Assembly (NCBI GenBank): GCA_964436695.1 | Contig: CAYTEA010000018.1 | Span: 6,044 to 70,043, forward strand | Source: an uncultured Leptospiraceae bacterium | GTDB lineage: Bacteria; Spirochaetota; Leptospiria; Leptospirales; Leptospiraceae | DNA: 64,000 nt | Direction: 5' to 3' | Shown here: one piece after another, positions 1 through 9,345 of the stretch | Layout: the number at the start of each line of letters is the position of its first letter | Numbering within the stretch: the stretch's first letter is position 1 | Notes under the pieces: generated by a model | Databases searched by the model: none | Seen by the model: only the letters and a program-made list of their open reading frames with translations | Told to the model about the DNA's origin: nothing | Position numbers and translations under genes: made by a program

Positions 1-109
1 CCGGCAGTAATAAAAAATCTGATTTTGCTGCGATTAATTTTTGCTTCTGGTCTTTTGTGATTTCTGAATGGATATTTTTCTGGAAAACAGTAACTTTGAT
101 TGTCGACAT
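1..109 (-). CDS. partial CDS (N-terminus only, runs off left edge); possibly nitrilase/carbon-nitrogen hydrolase superfamily
   Basis: ATG at 109 (minus) opens a frame that leaves the window: MSTIKVTVFQKNIHSEITKDQKQKLIAAKSDFLLLP. The DFLLLP(E)-type ending resembles the first catalytic-Glu strand of CN hydrolases. Only 36 codons are visible. Confidence 0.3.
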   Translation of the reverse strand, partial: MSTIKVTVFQKNIHSEITKDQKQKLIAAKSDFLLLP

Positions 110-156
110 ACAAATGTCAAAATTGCAAAAGTCCGGTGAAAGACAATGAAAAATTA

Positions 157-1980
157 CTATATAGAATCTAGATTCTCATCGCTTTTTGCAGTTGTTGAAT
201 CGCTGTCGGAAACAGAATCAATTCCTGATTCAAAAGATTCAGACGATGCACCCTGCTCTGGATTTTCTTGTTGCTTTATTCCGAAAGACCTTTCCATCTC
301 TTCTGGAGAAAGCTCTACTACTCCTCCAAACAAATCTCCTTCATTCATTCTTTGAAAAAAAGCTGCTGCGTAACAATACGCTTCCATCACGCAATTTTTA
401 ACTTGCTTTTTATTCAATCTTTTCCGGGCTTCCATTGCATCAAAAACAAGTACAGCATCCATGTTGCCGACGATTTCTTTTTTGCCTTTCATGTCGCTGA
501 TTAAAACAGCCAAGCCATCCTTAGATTTTTCAATGAATTCCTTAATTATATTTCTGGCTGACCTGGATTGCTGGCTTCTTTTTTGCTCCAGACCTGTAGT
601 CTTTTTAGACGCTTCAATATAGTTGGAGCCTGGATTTTGTTTGTGTTTTGCCAACTCTCGGCAAACATCCTGATAAATCTTGAACTGCTCCATGCACGGC
701 CTGGTAATTTCGTAAATATCCTGAAGTCTTTGCCTGTAATCGACTTTAACCCCATTAATTTGAGTCGGCTTCAAATCTATTTTTTTTGTAGTCAGGACAA
801 AAGAGTATTCATAATCGAATTCCTTAAAATACAAATAAGTAAGGAAAGCTTTATCGTTATCGGGGATGTCTGAATATTCCCCTCTTGGGTCATGTTTTTT
901 TTTCAACTGTTCAAGAGTATACATGGTCATTAGCCTTTTGCCGTATGTAAGCTCTTTACTAGTTTCTTGGGGAGGTTCTTCTTTTTTGTCTTCTTTGTCT
1001 GCTGCTTCTTTGGCTTCTTCCACAACTCCACCGGCGCTTTCAGGAATTCCTTCTCCGATCTGACGCACTCCTGGTTTTTCTTCCTGAGTGATTCCAAGGA
1101 TTTCTTCCATCAGAATTGAGTTCAGTGGGATGTTTTTATTTTCATTGCGGAGAATTGCCAGATACAATTTATCAAATATAGGGCCGAATAGTGAGTCGAT
1201 TTCCTGATTGACTTTCTTTTTTTTCACAGTGTAAATGAGAGCAGGTTTCCCTTCGATTTTTTGAAGAGCTTCATAGGCTGCTGTCATTGCCTTGCGATAC
1301 GCACTCTGAAAAGGATACATATAATACAATTTTTTGAATAAAGAATAAATTGGTGCGGAGACTTTTTGAATGGGAACTGGGAGGTCAGTCGCTGCGAGAT
1401 AGGTCTCAAACAAGTCCGCCAATTCCCCGCTATCGTATAATTTGTGTCCACGAGCGAGTAGTTCAACATATAACGGGGTAATTTTATCGAGTTCCTTGGT
1501 TACCTTATTGCCTGTGTCAGGGTTCCCAAAAATATCGTTTCCCACCATGTTGAATTCCATCAATGCCTTTTTCCCATTCAGGTTTAGCTCGGACATAAAT
1601 GCCGGTAGGATGTCAGTTGAACCGAAAGAGGTTACCCGGCTCATCCAGCATTTGAATTTTACGATGAAGCGATTTAAGAAATTTCCCATTTCGGCTTCCT
1701 GGAGTTTTTGAATCTCCTTGGCCGTTAGTTTTACTTCTGTTTTTTCTTTTGACTGGGATTTAGGGGAATTACTCCCTCCGGAAGAGGATTGTTGCCTGTG
1801 AGGGGATGTGCCTTGCCGGATATTCGGACCGGATTTTGATGAAGCAAGTTTCTCGGCATTTTGCTTTTCTTTTACTACCTGCCCTCCGGCTGTCTGAAAT
1901 TTTTTAAACATTTCGGCCTTGGATTTTTCATCCATTCCCCCAACACCGATCGCTTTTTTTGTTTTATCGAATTCGCCCAT
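157..1980 (-). CDS. hypothetical protein, 607 aa (Ser/Gln-rich N-terminal linker, acidic C-terminal tail)
   Basis: Long ORF with protein-like composition. I recognise no motif. Confidence 0.7.
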   Translation of the reverse strand: MGEFDKTKKAIGVGGMDEKSKAEMFKKFQTAGGQVVKEKQNAEKLASSKSGPNIRQGTSPHRQQSSSGGSNSPKSQSKEKTEVKLTAKEIQKLQEAEMGNFLNRFIVKFKCWMSRVTSFGSTDILPAFMSELNLNGKKALMEFNMVGNDIFGNPDTGNKVTKELDKITPLYVELLARGHKLYDSGELADLFETYLAATDLPVPIQKVSAPIYSLFKKLYYMYPFQSAYRKAMTAAYEALQKIEGKPALIYTVKKKKVNQEIDSLFGPIFDKLYLAILRNENKNIPLNSILMEEILGITQEEKPGVRQIGEGIPESAGGVVEEAKEAADKEDKKEEPPQETSKELTYGKRLMTMYTLEQLKKKHDPRGEYSDIPDNDKAFLTYLYFKEFDYEYSFVLTTKKIDLKPTQINGVKVDYRQRLQDIYEITRPCMEQFKIYQDVCRELAKHKQNPGSNYIEASKKTTGLEQKRSQQSRSARNIIKEFIEKSKDGLAVLISDMKGKKEIVGNMDAVLVFDAMEARKRLNKKQVKNCVMEAYCYAAAFFQRMNEGDLFGGVVELSPEEMERSFGIKQQENPEQGASSESFESGIDSVSDSDSTTAKSDENLDSI

Positions 1981-2098
1981 AATTTACAATATTCCCTATC
2001 CTGCTATATTGCTCGACCTCGCCTTGATTTTACAAGGCATATTCTTAGTTAATTTTCAAACTTATATCCATTTGGATTTTTATTTTACTAAAAAAAAA

Positions 2099-2791
2099 TT
2101 ATACGTCTTCTATCAGATAAGGTTTTGTATATTCCCTTACTATGTCTACAACAAATCTTCCCCAGCTTTTCGGATCTTCCTGAGATATCGGAACCTGCTT
2201 GACTTTTGGAAAGAAGCTTTGGGGTTTCAGCGCGGAATGGGTGATTTCGATTGTCCTTAGGTAGTTATCTATTTTTTTTACCCGGACAAAGTTCATGATC
2301 TCGGTCTGTATTCTTTCTTTGGGTATATACCCGATGATGATTAATTTAGGGAAAAGGGCTTTTTTCAGGTGATTAATAAAATCGGTAAAGCTGTCAACCC
2401 TGTCGATGAAGCCTTCGTATGCACCCCCGCCCAGATTCATAATTTGGGTAACCAGATCCATGGACAAAGAAACTCCTTCCATGGAACCCATATCCGAGAT
2501 TATCACGATTCCTTCATCCGGCTGGAAAACCTTAAAAGGTTGCTCTCCTTTGAAATGCCTTCTCAAAAGTTTTGCAATGGAAATATCGATTTCAGAAGCT
2601 TTCGGAATTATGATTTTTCCGGGTGAAATAGGGTCATATACATCTTCCCGTGTAATCAAATATCTTTTTTTAGCGGCATTTTGGTTCATGATCCTGAATG
2701 CCTTCACTTTTTCCTCGATTTCATCGAGTGTACATTGCCCGATTTTCAGAATGTTTTCCCGGGTTTTTCGATTTACGTCTGACTCTTCCAT
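2099..2791 (-). CDS. hypothetical protein, 230 aa
   Basis: ORF co-oriented with and 118 bp upstream of the 607-aa ORF. No recognisable motif. Confidence 0.65.
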   Translation of the reverse strand: MEESDVNRKTRENILKIGQCTLDEIEEKVKAFRIMNQNAAKKRYLITREDVYDPISPGKIIIPKASEIDISIAKLLRRHFKGEQPFKVFQPDEGIVIISDMGSMEGVSLSMDLVTQIMNLGGGAYEGFIDRVDSFTDFINHLKKALFPKLIIIGYIPKERIQTEIMNFVRVKKIDNYLRTIEITHSALKPQSFFPKVKQVPISQEDPKSWGRFVVDIVREYTKPYLIEDV

Positions 2792-2913
2792 AATTCCTTT
2801 TTACTTTACCGAAATCCTATTCTAAATAAGGCTTAATTGCAAACAATAAATTTGTTTAAAAAAACTTAAAAAATTCATTGTAAGTTTCTAAAATTGGAAT
2901 AATATCTCTCTGT

Positions 2914-3336
2914 ATGCAAAGACTGGCTTTCTACTCGGTGTTTTATTTTTTGTTAATATTTTGGTTCATCCGATGTTCTACAATCGAATTTATTCCGGAT
3001 TATGATTACAAATCCGACTATGAAGGCTACACCAAAAAAAGCCTGAAGGAAATTGAAATTCATTCTTCTAAACCCAAGAAACCGTTCAGAATTCTTGGCA
3101 CGGTTGTCATACGCAATTTCGAAGGCAATTTAACTATTGAAAATTATAGAAATTCGTTGCAAAAAGAATTGTTTGCATTAAAAGTTGACGGTGTATGGCT
3201 AACATCCGGAAAAATACAGGAGGTCGAGCCAATGATTGTCAGGACTGAAAATAGAGAAGGGCTTCCTGTAGCCTACTATGAGTCCAATAAGGAAATGGCT
3301 AAAATTACCGGATTAGTTTTTCGTTATAAAAAATAA
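2914..3336 (+). CDS. putative secreted protein or lipoprotein, 140 aa
   Basis: Hydrophobic N-terminus MQRLAFYSVFYFLLIFWFIRC followed by Cys (loose spirochaetal lipobox). Its stop lies 1 nt before the next ATG. Confidence 0.6.
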   Translation: MQRLAFYSVFYFLLIFWFIRCSTIEFIPDYDYKSDYEGYTKKSLKEIEIHSSKPKKPFRILGTVVIRNFEGNLTIENYRNSLQKELFALKVDGVWLTSGKIQEVEPMIVRTENREGLPVAYYESNKEMAKITGLVFRYKK

Positions 3337-3337
3337 A

Positions 3338-3838
3338 ATGGAAACAGGCAAAATCAGAAAATACGACAGCGAAATTGTGGTAGAAGAAAACGATGCCTGG
3401 TTTTACAAAGGGAATCAAATTATACAGGAGAAGGTTTTGGATTTTTTCCGAAAAAATCTGCATGAAGATGATGATGGAATCTATATTCAGAATTCATACG
3501 GCAATTTTATTGAGAACGGTTACATTACTGCAATCGGTTTTCCACTCCAGATTACAAATTTTGTAAAAGATGAAAATGCGTTGCTACTCAGGGGAAGCGA
3601 TTGCCTATGCGTGCCTTTGGAGGACTGGAGTTTCTATTTTCGGCCAGATGAGCGGATTTTTGGAATCAAGAAAAACCACAAATATTTGAAATACGCATTC
3701 AGCAGAGATTTTCTAAATTTCATTTCTTTGCATTTAAAGGAAAATAATGGAGAATATTCTTTGGATATAAATTCTTTCCACATTCCAATCACCCGGTTTC
3801 AGGGCAAGTTTGCGGTAGAGGCTCCGAAATTCAGTTAA
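3338..3838 (+). CDS. DUF1285-like protein
   Basis: N-terminal pattern DAWFYKGNQI..VLDFFRKNL..DDDGIYIQN resembles the DG-W-Y-G-I...LF...L...DG-Y signature of DUF1285. Assigned by eye only. Confidence 0.5.
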   Translation: METGKIRKYDSEIVVEENDAWFYKGNQIIQEKVLDFFRKNLHEDDDGIYIQNSYGNFIENGYITAIGFPLQITNFVKDENALLLRGSDCLCVPLEDWSFYFRPDERIFGIKKNHKYLKYAFSRDFLNFISLHLKENNGEYSLDINSFHIPITRFQGKFAVEAPKFS

Positions 3839-4527
3839 ACTGTTGCAGTTTTTGATCTTTCTTTTAGGAATCTACGGAACTCTTCAATTTCATCGGTAAA
3901 AAAAACAGGGATTGCCAGATCCGGATTTGACGGGATTAGTACGACGGCTTCGTCAAAAAAAACTATTCGGTCCAATTCTTCTGCATTGTAATAGAAGCTT
4001 GCATTGTCTACTTTAAATACGAATTTTTTTCCCTCTTCACAAAGAAGTCCCGGCCCGATCCTTTTGAAATCGGAAAAAATATTTTCACCAAGATTTTTCT
4101 CTTTAATATTTTTCAATTCGAACGGGATTTTTTTTCCGGCATCCTGGTATAAAATTCCTTCCAGTTGAAATTCGATTTCAACGCCTGCTCTTTCGGATGA
4201 GCTTTTCATTTCCGGTTCGGCCGTTTTTTCCAGAACAGGTAAAACGGGTTCTATCGGCTCGGTAAGGGTAAGTGGGGGGAGATCCGTAGGCTCAACGGAC
4301 TTTCTTTCCAAGATATTCCTTTCCTCCAGAACCTTTTTTTCGATGAAAGGATTTTTGGATTCTTTGTATTTTACGTTAAAAAGTCTGTCTTCCAGAACCT
4401 CGGTTTGCTTTTTCTTGTAGGATTGGCCGGATTTTTCGGGCTGAATCGTATTTTTGCCAGAGCCAAAGGATGCATAAATAAAACATAATAAACCCAGAAT
4501 TATCATTGTGAAAGCAATTATCAGCAT
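3835..4527 (-). CDS. membrane-anchored hypothetical protein, 230 aa
   Basis: N-terminal TM helix MLIIAFTMIILGLLCFIYASFG followed by a charged linker. No motif recognised. Confidence 0.6.
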   Translation of the reverse strand: MLIIAFTMIILGLLCFIYASFGSGKNTIQPEKSGQSYKKKQTEVLEDRLFNVKYKESKNPFIEKKVLEERNILERKSVEPTDLPPLTLTEPIEPVLPVLEKTAEPEMKSSSERAGVEIEFQLEGILYQDAGKKIPFELKNIKEKNLGENIFSDFKRIGPGLLCEEGKKFVFKVDNASFYYNAEELDRIVFFDEAVVLIPSNPDLAIPVFFTDEIEEFRRFLKERSKTATV

Positions 4528-4699
4528 ACTATTTTCAATATCTTAAGAATTTCTTATTCCCTGTAGCTTTTTTTTCTAGGATATAAAATTTATATATAGT
4601 AAACACCTGAAAACTCTTTTGATTATTCCAGTTTATTACTTTACAGAATCTTTACCATAAAAACGATATATTTAGCAAATTTTAGGGTGAGTATTAATC

Positions 4700-5938
4700 G
4701 TGTTTCAAGAAGAGCCTACAACTATCAAAGAAAAAATATTCAGAACGATCGGTGGATTATTCTTATTTATATTGGTCGCTATGCTTGCGATAACATTTCT
4801 GCCGGGTGATGCGGAACGAACTCTGTTTCAGGCTTTATCAGGGGAAAATTCATTAAACGCAGGAAAAATCGGGGGAGAGTCCATCCCGCTGGATTATTTC
4901 CAAGCTGCCAGAAGAGAATGCTATTTCCGGTACAAGGAATATGTTCCTTCCATGGCAAATGACCCTTCGACGCTGGACTCCTGTGCTTATCAGACAATCC
5001 GTTCTCTGAAAGTTTCGAGTATTATCGCAGACAAGGTAGGATATTCGATTTCTGCTAATGGAATAAAAGAAGAGCTTTCCAAGCAAGCCAGAGAAATCCA
5101 TAAGCAAAGTAACACCTCCGCTGGATATGCGCCAGACGAAGTAAAGAGCGCGGACGAAATTTACAAGAGCCTTCTTTCCAGTGTTCCATTAAATTACAGA
5201 ATGGATTCCGTAAAAGCATACGGGCTTTTTCCTAATTTTTTGAATTCTGATATAAAAAAGACAGACGATGAAATTATTAAATCTGAAGAGGCGGCCAATA
5301 CAAAAGTAGCTATTAAGCTCCTGGCATTTAGCGATGAAGGGCTATTAAACGAACTGGATAAAAAGGTTCAGATCTCCGAAGAGGAACTGAAAAAAGAATA
5401 CGATAACGAATTAAAAAACGGGAAGCTTCCAAAAGATGCAAAAGGCAATGTGGAAGACTATAAGACTAGAAAATCTTTCTTGACGAATAAACTCAAAGTC
5501 GAGCTAAAGCAGAAAAAACTTTCAGAGCTGAAATCTTCCGCTTTGGGTCTGAAAAATTCTTCCAAGCCAGGTGTTCTGAATGAAATTGCTGCTATGACCG
5601 GCACGAAGATTGATGAGATTCGCAACCTGTCTCTTTCATCCATTGCAAATTTTTCCACTCCATCAGGCAAATCCTATAAATTTGGAACCAATGCAGTATT
5701 TCTGAAAGACCTAACGGAAAATTCTGATAAGCCAGGAAAAGTTGGTGGGCCATACAGTGATTCAGGCCAAACTGTGTATGTGGAATTTATCAGCCTCGGA
5801 TTATCCGATAAAAAAGAAAAAAAGGAATTTAAGAGAGATGAAATGAGCATGACTCTCGTTTCTTTCTATTCGGAAATTATGCAAGTAATGTCGAATGCAA
5901 ATCCAATCTACCGGAAAGTTGAAAAACAGAAAGATTAA
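4700..5938 (+). CDS. PpiD/SurA-N-terminal-domain-like periplasmic chaperone (no rotamase domain seen)
   Basis: GTG start. The N-terminal TM anchor (GGLFLFILVAMLAITFL) followed by a Lys/Glu-rich helical region is typical of PpiD-like chaperones. The stop overlaps the next ATG by 1 nt. Confidence 0.5.
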   Translation: MFQEEPTTIKEKIFRTIGGLFLFILVAMLAITFLPGDAERTLFQALSGENSLNAGKIGGESIPLDYFQAARRECYFRYKEYVPSMANDPSTLDSCAYQTIRSLKVSSIIADKVGYSISANGIKEELSKQAREIHKQSNTSAGYAPDEVKSADEIYKSLLSSVPLNYRMDSVKAYGLFPNFLNSDIKKTDDEIIKSEEAANTKVAIKLLAFSDEGLLNELDKKVQISEEELKKEYDNELKNGKLPKDAKGNVEDYKTRKSFLTNKLKVELKQKKLSELKSSALGLKNSSKPGVLNEIAAMTGTKIDEIRNLSLSSIANFSTPSGKSYKFGTNAVFLKDLTENSDKPGKVGGPYSDSGQTVYVEFISLGLSDKKEKKEFKRDEMSMTLVSFYSEIMQVMSNANPIYRKVEKQKD

Positions 5939-6402
5939 TGCAATTGAGAGCAGAATTTGTAAATCCATTTCTTGAGGCGGCAACTCTTGTTTGTAGAGAT
6001 GTTTTGGGCGTCGATTTAATCCGCGGAAAACTCAAGATTTTGGAATCCCCATCCCCATCTCATGAACTGGCGATTGTTGTTGGAGTGATCGGCCCGGCAA
6101 ATGGAGAGGTAATTTACAGTCTGAATTTTGATACTGCATTTAAGATCGCTAGAAAACTTGTGCCTTCATTAAAAGATGATGAAATCATGGATGAATACAA
6201 GGATATAATCGGAGAGATTGCAAACATGATCACAGGAAATGCAATGAGTATTTTTAATGCTTCCGGCCAGTTTATTGACATCACTACTCCGAATATTGTT
6301 GAAACCAAAGACAGCTCGCTGAAATTCGGAAAAAAAACAACTCTTTCCATCAATCTGTATTCAAAGATGGGTTCACTGGAAGTTAATATAGCGCTTGCCT
6401 AG
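5938..6402 (+). CDS. cheX: chemotaxis phosphatase CheX-like protein
   Basis: FVNPFLEAATLV...ELAIVVGVIG...GEIANMITGNA matches the CheX/CheC-like fold signature. 154 aa is the typical size. Confidence 0.75.
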   Translation: MQLRAEFVNPFLEAATLVCRDVLGVDLIRGKLKILESPSPSHELAIVVGVIGPANGEVIYSLNFDTAFKIARKLVPSLKDDEIMDEYKDIIGEIANMITGNAMSIFNASGQFIDITTPNIVETKDSSLKFGKKTTLSINLYSKMGSLEVNIALA

Positions 6403-6422
6403 TTGCTGAAATTTATGATGTA

Positions 6423-7379
6423 TTAGAGAGTATCGTGAATTCTCTTTTTTACTTCTTCCAGATATTCGCTATTTCGGAAATTTTCTTCGGATTCTTTGTC
6501 CAAAAAAGCCGCAAAAAATTTTCGCGATTTCTCTAGGTCTTTTCCAGGCCACGGTTTTTCGTAAATTTTTCCACAAAGATAAATCGCATTATCGTAAAAT
6601 TCAGAATCCTTGTGGTTATGTAGAATGTCGGAAAGAAAGTAGAGGGAATTTTGAAAATCCAGGTTTCTATACAATAAATGAGAGAGCGCCCAGAGAGATC
6701 GTAGCCGGATTTTTTCGGTTTTTTGTGCCTCGGTTACAACTATCGTATAAATTGAAATAGAATCTTCTCTTGTCTTTGAGTCTCCATTATCCAGAGACCT
6801 GGCGAGTTCAAAAAGTGCCTGAAACTTCTCATCAGGATTTTCTATGTTTAAAGCGAGATTTTTTGCTTCTTCGGTTTTTTTTTCCATCCCCAGAAGACGT
6901 ATTTCTTCTAGCCTGGACTTAAAAGAAAAATCCTTTTCTTTTAAGATTGACTCCTTGAATTCTGCCCTTGCCTTTTCTGTCATCTGTCTTTGCAATAGAA
7001 TTGTTCCCCTTTCATGAGGAGGCTGGGAAGCATCCGTTAGAATTTCTTTTCCTTTTGGAGCCTGCTTCTTGGCTTTTTTGTTTTTCTTGTCGGTAAGATT
7101 GGGGAGGTTGGATTCTTTTTCAATTTTAGATTTCAGGGGTAGGGAGTTTGGAACAGTTTCTTTCTTTTCTAGTTCAATAGTCTCGGCTTTTTTATTCTCA
7201 TCCAGTTTTTTGAGTTCATTTTGAAAATCATCAGTTGAGGTTTCCATCTTTTTGGCATTTTCTTCTTTGGGCTCAGGTTTCAAATCATCCGGAAACGGAA
7301 GAATGAATTCATTCTCCTGAGAAAAAATTCCAGAAATCAGAATGAAATTTATGAATGCAAATCTAAGGATCGTTCCCAT
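6423..7379 (-). CDS. secreted TPR/YbgF-like repeat protein
   Basis: Signal-like N-terminus, a Lys/Glu-rich linker and a C-terminal helical-repeat region (ALFELARSL...LWALSHLLYRN...AIYLCGKIYE). Confidence 0.6.
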   Translation of the reverse strand: MGTILRFAFINFILISGIFSQENEFILPFPDDLKPEPKEENAKKMETSTDDFQNELKKLDENKKAETIELEKKETVPNSLPLKSKIEKESNLPNLTDKKNKKAKKQAPKGKEILTDASQPPHERGTILLQRQMTEKARAEFKESILKEKDFSFKSRLEEIRLLGMEKKTEEAKNLALNIENPDEKFQALFELARSLDNGDSKTREDSISIYTIVVTEAQKTEKIRLRSLWALSHLLYRNLDFQNSLYFLSDILHNHKDSEFYDNAIYLCGKIYEKPWPGKDLEKSRKFFAAFLDKESEENFRNSEYLEEVKKRIHDTL

Positions 7380-7380
7380 A

Positions 7381-8136
7381 TTATTCTATTGAACTGCCCT
7401 TCCGAATTAACTGTCTTTTTGCAGGTTTTGGCTTTGGGGAGAGATCATCGTCCGGATTTTTTTTACGAAGATATCCCTTTTCTTCAATTGTTTCGCTTTC
7501 GTTTTTTCTCAAAGAGGGTCTTATTGTCGGTTTAGGAATATCTTTGGACTCAAACTTCAAAAGCCTTCCAGTTTTTGGTGAATTTTGATTTCGTATCAAG
7601 TCTTCTCGATTTTCGTCATTCATGCCCTCGGAAATTCTCGCTCCGGGGATGTTATCCTGAGGCCGTTGGATGGTTGTAATTTCCTTTTCTTCAATGACCG
7701 GAGGAGAGTTGAAATTTCTTTTTATCTGCCTCAAATTTCTCTCGTTTTCCAGATTGGCTTTATCTTCCCCCAAGACTTCCTTTGGGCTTCCGGGGGGATT
7801 TTTGGTGGAATATTCATATTCCATAGAATTCTGATATTTTGATTCGCTCAGGGCAGAATTTAGGTCAGGCATTCTTACATCCCTTCTTTTCCGATTGTAT
7901 TCCCGCTGAATATCTTCATAAAATAAAGACTTTGTATCGTCAGCCAGAGATTGCCCTTCCTCCGGAGCGATTTCCTTCCCTATGTTCCAGCCGTAATAGG
8001 CAGCGGCTATGAGAATAACGCCTAGAATGGCGATAAGTACCTTTGTAATAATTGACGCGATTTTTTCGGGTACTTTATTTGCAAGCTCATCCAGAAAGCT
8101 AAGTATATTTCGCGGGTCAATATTTTTTAAATTCAT
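7381..8136 (-). CDS. membrane-anchored hypothetical protein, largely low-complexity
   Basis: One TM helix (ITKVLIAILGVILIAAAYYGW) followed by a polar, probably disordered region. Only 1 nt separates it from the downstream TPR gene. Confidence 0.55.
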   Translation of the reverse strand: MNLKNIDPRNILSFLDELANKVPEKIASIITKVLIAILGVILIAAAYYGWNIGKEIAPEEGQSLADDTKSLFYEDIQREYNRKRRDVRMPDLNSALSESKYQNSMEYEYSTKNPPGSPKEVLGEDKANLENERNLRQIKRNFNSPPVIEEKEITTIQRPQDNIPGARISEGMNDENREDLIRNQNSPKTGRLLKFESKDIPKPTIRPSLRKNESETIEEKGYLRKKNPDDDLSPKPKPAKRQLIRKGSSIE

Positions 8137-8307
8137 CGTGTTTTGTACTATGACTTTCGGAATTATGTTCTACAATATTAAAATTCGGCAAATTTCAGAA
8201 ATTTCAACAAAAAGAATTGTAAAAGAATAGAACAATTTTAAATATGGAGACAGGGATGTGTGGATCTCTATACAAAATAATCCAATATTATAGCATGGAT
8301 CGGGACT

Positions 8308-9003
8308 ATGATTGATTCAATGGACTGCAAAAATTGCAATACCCTTTCACTTAGCCTCTACCGTTGCGTTAGCTCGCAAACTCTAGATGAAATCAATTCC
8401 AATAAAACCTTTTTATCATTTAAAAAAGGGGAATATCTATTCACAGCGGGAGAACCCGCTAACGGAATATTTATTCTGCAAAAAGGAATCGTTCGGACAT
8501 TTAAGACTTCTGAAATTGGCAGGGAGCAGACGTTTAGCATGAAAGGGCCAGGTTCATGGCTTGGACTCCGGGACTCTCTTGTCGGGATGGAATACAATCA
8601 CTCCGCAGTTAGCCTCGACGATTCAAGAGCTTGTTTTTGGAAAAAAGAATTAATTGATAATATACTACAAAAAGAAAAAGAATTTCAGACGGAATTGTTG
8701 CACCTGCTTGCCGTAGAATGGAAGGATTCGGAAAATCAGATATTTTCGCTTGGGACAAAACAGATTCACGGAAAACTTGCTGAGCTACTTCTTTCATTGT
8801 ACACTGCTTCGGGAAATGCTCCTGAAATCGAGTTGAAAATTACTAGAGAAATTATTGCCTCCATTATCGGGACGACTACAGAATCCGTTATCAGGGCACT
8901 ATCGGATTTTAAGGCGCGGGACTGGATCGGTATCAATAAAAATAAGATTATTTTCAAAGATCATAAACAGTTGTCCGAGATCGCAAACTGCGATTACAAA
9001 TAA
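8308..9003 (+). CDS. Crp/Fnr-family transcriptional regulator with FNR-like N-terminal Cys cluster
   Basis: cNMP-binding beta-roll (GEYLFTAGEPANGIFILQKG), C-terminal HTH (TREIIASIIGTTTESVIRALSDF), and Cys7, Cys10, Cys20 and Cys109. Confidence 0.85.
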   Translation: MIDSMDCKNCNTLSLSLYRCVSSQTLDEINSNKTFLSFKKGEYLFTAGEPANGIFILQKGIVRTFKTSEIGREQTFSMKGPGSWLGLRDSLVGMEYNHSAVSLDDSRACFWKKELIDNILQKEKEFQTELLHLLAVEWKDSENQIFSLGTKQIHGKLAELLLSLYTASGNAPEIELKITREIIASIIGTTTESVIRALSDFKARDWIGINKNKIIFKDHKQLSEIANCDYK

Positions 9004-9310
9004 TTATTTTATCTTCTTTATTCTTCTTGGTGAATGTGTAGAGCTTTTTGCAATTCCAACGCCATCGACCTCGTTCTAATAGACAATGTTCTTGGGCATT
9101 TATTGATCGGTTTCTGATCCTCATGTTATAGTACTCAGCCGGAATATTTCTGTGAGTAAAAAAACGCAAGACCCATTTTATCCTTATCTTCCAGAAATTT
9201 ACTTGAAGGAAATTTGAAGGAATGCAGTATTCAATAAAAATAAGTTAATTTTTTTTCTTTTTGGGGATGTGTTTTTTTGTCAGATTTATCTGCACATTCG
9301 TCGAGTTTGT

Positions 9311-9324
9311 TTTATTCGAATAAA
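9311..9324. promoter_or_regulatory. perfect 14-bp palindrome TTTAT-TCGA-ATAAA upstream of nifJ (candidate Crp/Fnr-type operator)
   Basis: It has the 5-N4-5 architecture of FNR/CRP boxes (TTGAT-N4-ATCAA) with one difference per half-site. It lies 22 bp before the nifJ ATG. A 14-bp palindrome is not rare by chance in AT-rich DNA. Confidence 0.25.
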
Positions 9325-9345
9325 GTCTTGGGATAGGATAAGTGT

